Assembly (NCBI GenBank): GCA_002633005.1
Contig: NMRA01000204.1
Span: 337,645 to 401,644, forward strand
Origin: Phoronis australis
Lineage: Eukaryota; Animalia; Phoronida
DNA length: 64,000 nucleotides
Direction of reading: 5' to 3'
In this document: one piece after another, positions 60,440 to 64,000 of the stretch
Layout: each line of letters begins with the position of its first letter
Numbering within the stretch: the first letter of the stretch is position 1
Program-made: the position numbers and the translations under genes
The notes under the pieces: generated by a model
What the model saw: only the letters and a program-made list of their open reading frames with translations
Database searches by the model: none
What the model was told of the DNA's origin: nothing

Positions 60440-60730
60440 AGGTTATATTGGCCCCTACAAAAATGTTCAAATTTAGCTCCTTTTTGGAGCATTATACCTC
60501 AGAAATGACTGATAAGATTCAAATGAAACCTTCAGACACCATGGCTCATGCACTGTGCTCCAAAATGCTCTCAAGATTTATTTTTGAAACATTCCTTTTT
60601 TGCATGAGAGGTTATCGAAAATAGGAACATTTTATGATTTTCATTACATAATTCAAAAGTTGTATAATGTGAAAACGATATAATTTACAAAACTGTAACA
60701 GCATTTTTGAGATTACATCTTGAATATTTA
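60440..60730. mobile_element. Partial TTAA-type MITE copy
   Basis: aggttatattggcccc terminus; tcagaaatgactgat and tgcatgagaggttatc shared with the 48762 copy. Confidence 0.65.
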
Positions 60731-60819
60731 CTGATTCCATTGTTTTGTTATCAATGTACATGTGGTCGCATGACTCAATGTACACGTGGTCACATGACCC
60801 AATTAACGGTAGATTGGTA

Positions 60820-61060
60820 AAAAACAGTGCGGGTGGCCTGATGCCATTTGCGGTGCATCTGACTTGCGCAGGCCTCATGGTTGGGCCCACTGCATCTAAC
60901 ACCTGAGCTAAAAGCACAAGAGCCCTGTTATGGTTCCTCGTGAAGGAAGTCTGCCCGTCTCCTATATGAAAACGGACGGACATTTCCATTTGTTGCCATG
61001 CACAATATGTTGTAGGCATGTAACAGTGCCATGCAGTAGGTTGCTCCTTAGACTATAAAA
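60820..61060 (-). mobile_element. SINE-like dispersed repeat fragment related to 4106-4310
   Basis: Reverse complement contains caggtgttagatgcagtgggcccaaccatgaggcctgcgcaagtc vs taggtgatcagtgcaatgggcccactagagtggcctgcgcacgtc. Confidence 0.4.
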
Positions 61061-61839
61061 AGCTGGGCAAGACTCTACAGATTGGTAAAACGCAAACATC
61101 AATTTCCAGAGGCCTTTAACTTTCAGAAAATATATAGGCTTACTCAGTTAAAATTTGCAGTTTGAACATACTTGGCAAAACACACAGACTTCTCGATAAC
61201 GTTCTCCATAACATGAAAGACAAGTGGTGCTCAAGTCGCTTGAACAACAAGGGCACTGTAGGGAGATGGCCAACTGTTAAAATAAGATTACCATAACCAG
61301 ACAACAAAAAAGAGGAATGGCCATGACGAGACTCCGTAACTGCTAAGTAGGGCAATCTTCGTTTACTAAAAACCAGGTTTTATGAATTGTCATCTACTTT
61401 GGATCAATACTCGACATTGAAACTGTGGCAAATGATGTGTTCTAGAAACAGTAACACTGACACAATTTCCATGCCAATCTTATAAAAATAATCCTACTGA
61501 TCAAGTCAGTCATAACAGACCACTGGTACATTTTCTATGCATTATGAATGAAATGCACTTTGCACACAGCAATTGTTGAATAGTCCCAGCTGAATATCAG
61601 AAATATTTTGATATTTAGTAAAAAAATTTACTTGAACAAACTACCAAGTGGGCTCGGTGCAACCGTCCTTACAGAACATTTTGTCAAGACTGATATCCAT
61701 CGAATGTCATCTAAAATATTTGATGTTGCTTGCAAAAATGTCCCTCGGCAAAACTGAGTAACAAAACTCATGCTCATAACGCAACACAGAGATATCAAGC
61801 TCCCATGCAGATATTAAAATGGAGATATTAAGACCCCAT

Positions 61840-62505
61840 CATGTGATACCAAAATTGCACTCCCACTACTGAATGATACTGAAATACTGTATTCTCCATC
61901 CTAAGCAACAGTGATATACTGTGTGCCTACTAAGCGATACTGATATACTGCATTCCCATGACTATACGATACTGAGATACCGTGCTTTCCTTACAAAGCA
62001 ATACTGATATATTGTGTGCCCACTAAGCGATACTGAGATACTGCGATCCAACTACTATGTAATACTGAGATACTGTGCTACCATTAAGCAATGCTGATAT
62101 ACTGTGAGCTCACTAAGTGATACTGAGATACCATGCTCCAACTATTAACTGATAATGAGATACTGCGTTCCCACTAAGTGATACTGAGATTAGAGGTACT
62201 TCACTCCCACTATTAAGCAATCTAGTGAAAGAACATCAATTAAGACAAAAAAATCTCACACTGTTTATGAATAAAACAAGATATTTAAATTTCAACATCT
62301 TTCCTGGGTTGTGCAAGTACATCGAAACATGTCCAAATTTAAAATATCTTGTTTTATTCATAAACAAATATTGGGATACTGTGTTCCCACTAATGAATGA
62401 TATTAAGATACTATGTTCCCACTTCTTCGTAATACTGAGATACTGTACTGTCATTACTAAGCGATACTGAGATAATGTGCTCCCGTTGGTACGTGATACT
62501 GAAAT
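61840..62505. repeat. ~28-31-bp degenerate minisatellite, interrupted at about 62221-62372
   Basis: gatactgagatactgtgttcccactaag-like units. Confidence 0.88.
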
Positions 62506-63260
62506 ATTGACAACCCATACCATGTGTAAGGCAGTCTGATGTCAGCAATATGATTGTGAGGAAACAGCACCACACCTGTAACAACACTGGTCAACTGGAC
62601 AGACTTTCAGCATGACATGAAGTATAAACAAAAGTAAGGTATTTAAGGTTGAATACCAACACGCTAGGCTTTATACCATTGTCATTATGCAAACTGGAAA
62701 CAACTTTCTCCATGACTTAGCCCCAGGGTGTAAAAAAATCATAACAAATGTCTTGCGTGATAGTAGGTCAGCCATAAAATACATGGGAATATCTTATTTA
62801 CTTCAGCAAGACCAGATGCTTTGTACAAACAATACCAGACTTCGTCTTTTTCTTGTTGCCCATTTAACTGTGTTTATCCACCAAGAAACCCCTGTAATCG
62901 GCTCAAAGCAAAAATCTTAGGAGGATCCCAATAAACTAGGAATCAGCGACCGCTGATTTTGAAGTACGTGTGTTCATTAGCTCCTGGCAGGATTTAAAGT
63001 TGCACTACCAACCAAGTTCAAGGTCATTGTTTCATGAAAGGTGACTTGAGACTGATTCAGGAATCTGGTTCTATGCTACACCAAACTATGTTTGAAAAAT
63101 AACATAATCTCACTTAAGCCAAAGTACGCAGTAACTGAGAAAGCACCAGTAACTGCTAATAACTGAGACGATCTAGTGTAAAACATCTTTATATTATGAC
63201 ATGTAAATAAGTAAATGGATGAACCTTTATTCGCTTACCGTGGAATGGGAAAAAAACCAC

Positions 63261-63501
63261 GGGTCTGTTTCGAGAAAAGTGACTAATACTCGAGTAAGAA
63301 ATTTAACGGTTCACACAATAATTTCTGAAAACTGATTAAATCTCATAGAGCAAAACTGCAAAGTCCCTGAAAATATACGTCTAACTTCTAGTTACTACAA
63401 GTTCCACAAATTATTTCTAGACTTGGCCAAACATTTATTCAATAACAGAGAAGTGGTAAGGTAAGTCCACTGTCTTCACTCACATTTCATGAAACGAGTC
63501 C
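63261..63501. mobile_element. MITE copy related to 3814-4096
   Basis: gggtctgtttcgagaaaagtgact ... cacatttcatgaaacgagtcc. Confidence 0.55.
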
Positions 63502-64000
63502 GGCATTACTGAAACACACTCCTGGTGTAAAATCAATGTTCTTTACAGGCGTGTTTGGCTCTCTGCATTAGGGTATCCTGTTCATTATCTTTTGCTTAAA
63601 CTGAAATAGGTTGCAACAAAACCTATGAAATTCCAGATGGCCACACACTGCTTCTGTGGCTGAAACTAACCCCCACAGACAATCAACTGTCATGGGCGTT
63701 GTCCCTCACAACCACATACTGCGAGTTGTTCACCAGCCCAGAAATCTTCTTCAGTTTGAACAAGCAGCAAGCGGATACTAGTTTCACGACTAAAATCAAT
63801 TTCATTTTGACAGAAGGTTCGGCGTGGGGTGGGAGGCAGTATTGAACCCCTAAATACATTTTCAGACGAAGTGAAACTGTACTACGCAATTTTATCTCAA
63901 AAACAACAACACTTCAGGAATAGCAGAGCATGTGAAAAGGTGAATAATACAGACTGCAGAGAATGGCATGCAATGGACCTGTTACCTGAAAATCGACAAA

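Overview
Intron-rich, AT-rich animal genomic DNA (probably a marine invertebrate; taxon not determinable from sequence alone) with two convergent spliced genes. On the + strand, 798-24744, is the 3' part of TAF1 (TFIID subunit 1). I traced 28 GT-AG exons with consistent phases, giving about 1280 aa from the DUF3591/HAT-like core through the zinc knuckle, double bromodomain and acidic tail; the 5' exons lie upstream of the window. On the - strand are the last two exons of an ANKRD50-like ankyrin gene (37360-37174 and 36358-34863, ending KKETPL). After them come ~26 kb with no recognisable exon, probably one large intron. Non-coding DNA holds several non-autonomous DNA transposon (MITE) families, SINE-like fragments, foldback elements and minisatellites. 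Four single-N joins are present; two are flanked by near-identical 1.0-1.4 kb duplications that look like haplotype-overlap assembly artefacts. The most unusual signal is a set of four unrelated tandem repeats that each start at, and copy, a real splice site. There is also a perfect AG|GTAAGT recursive-splice-like junction and candidate alternative microexons in the TAF1 acidic tail.
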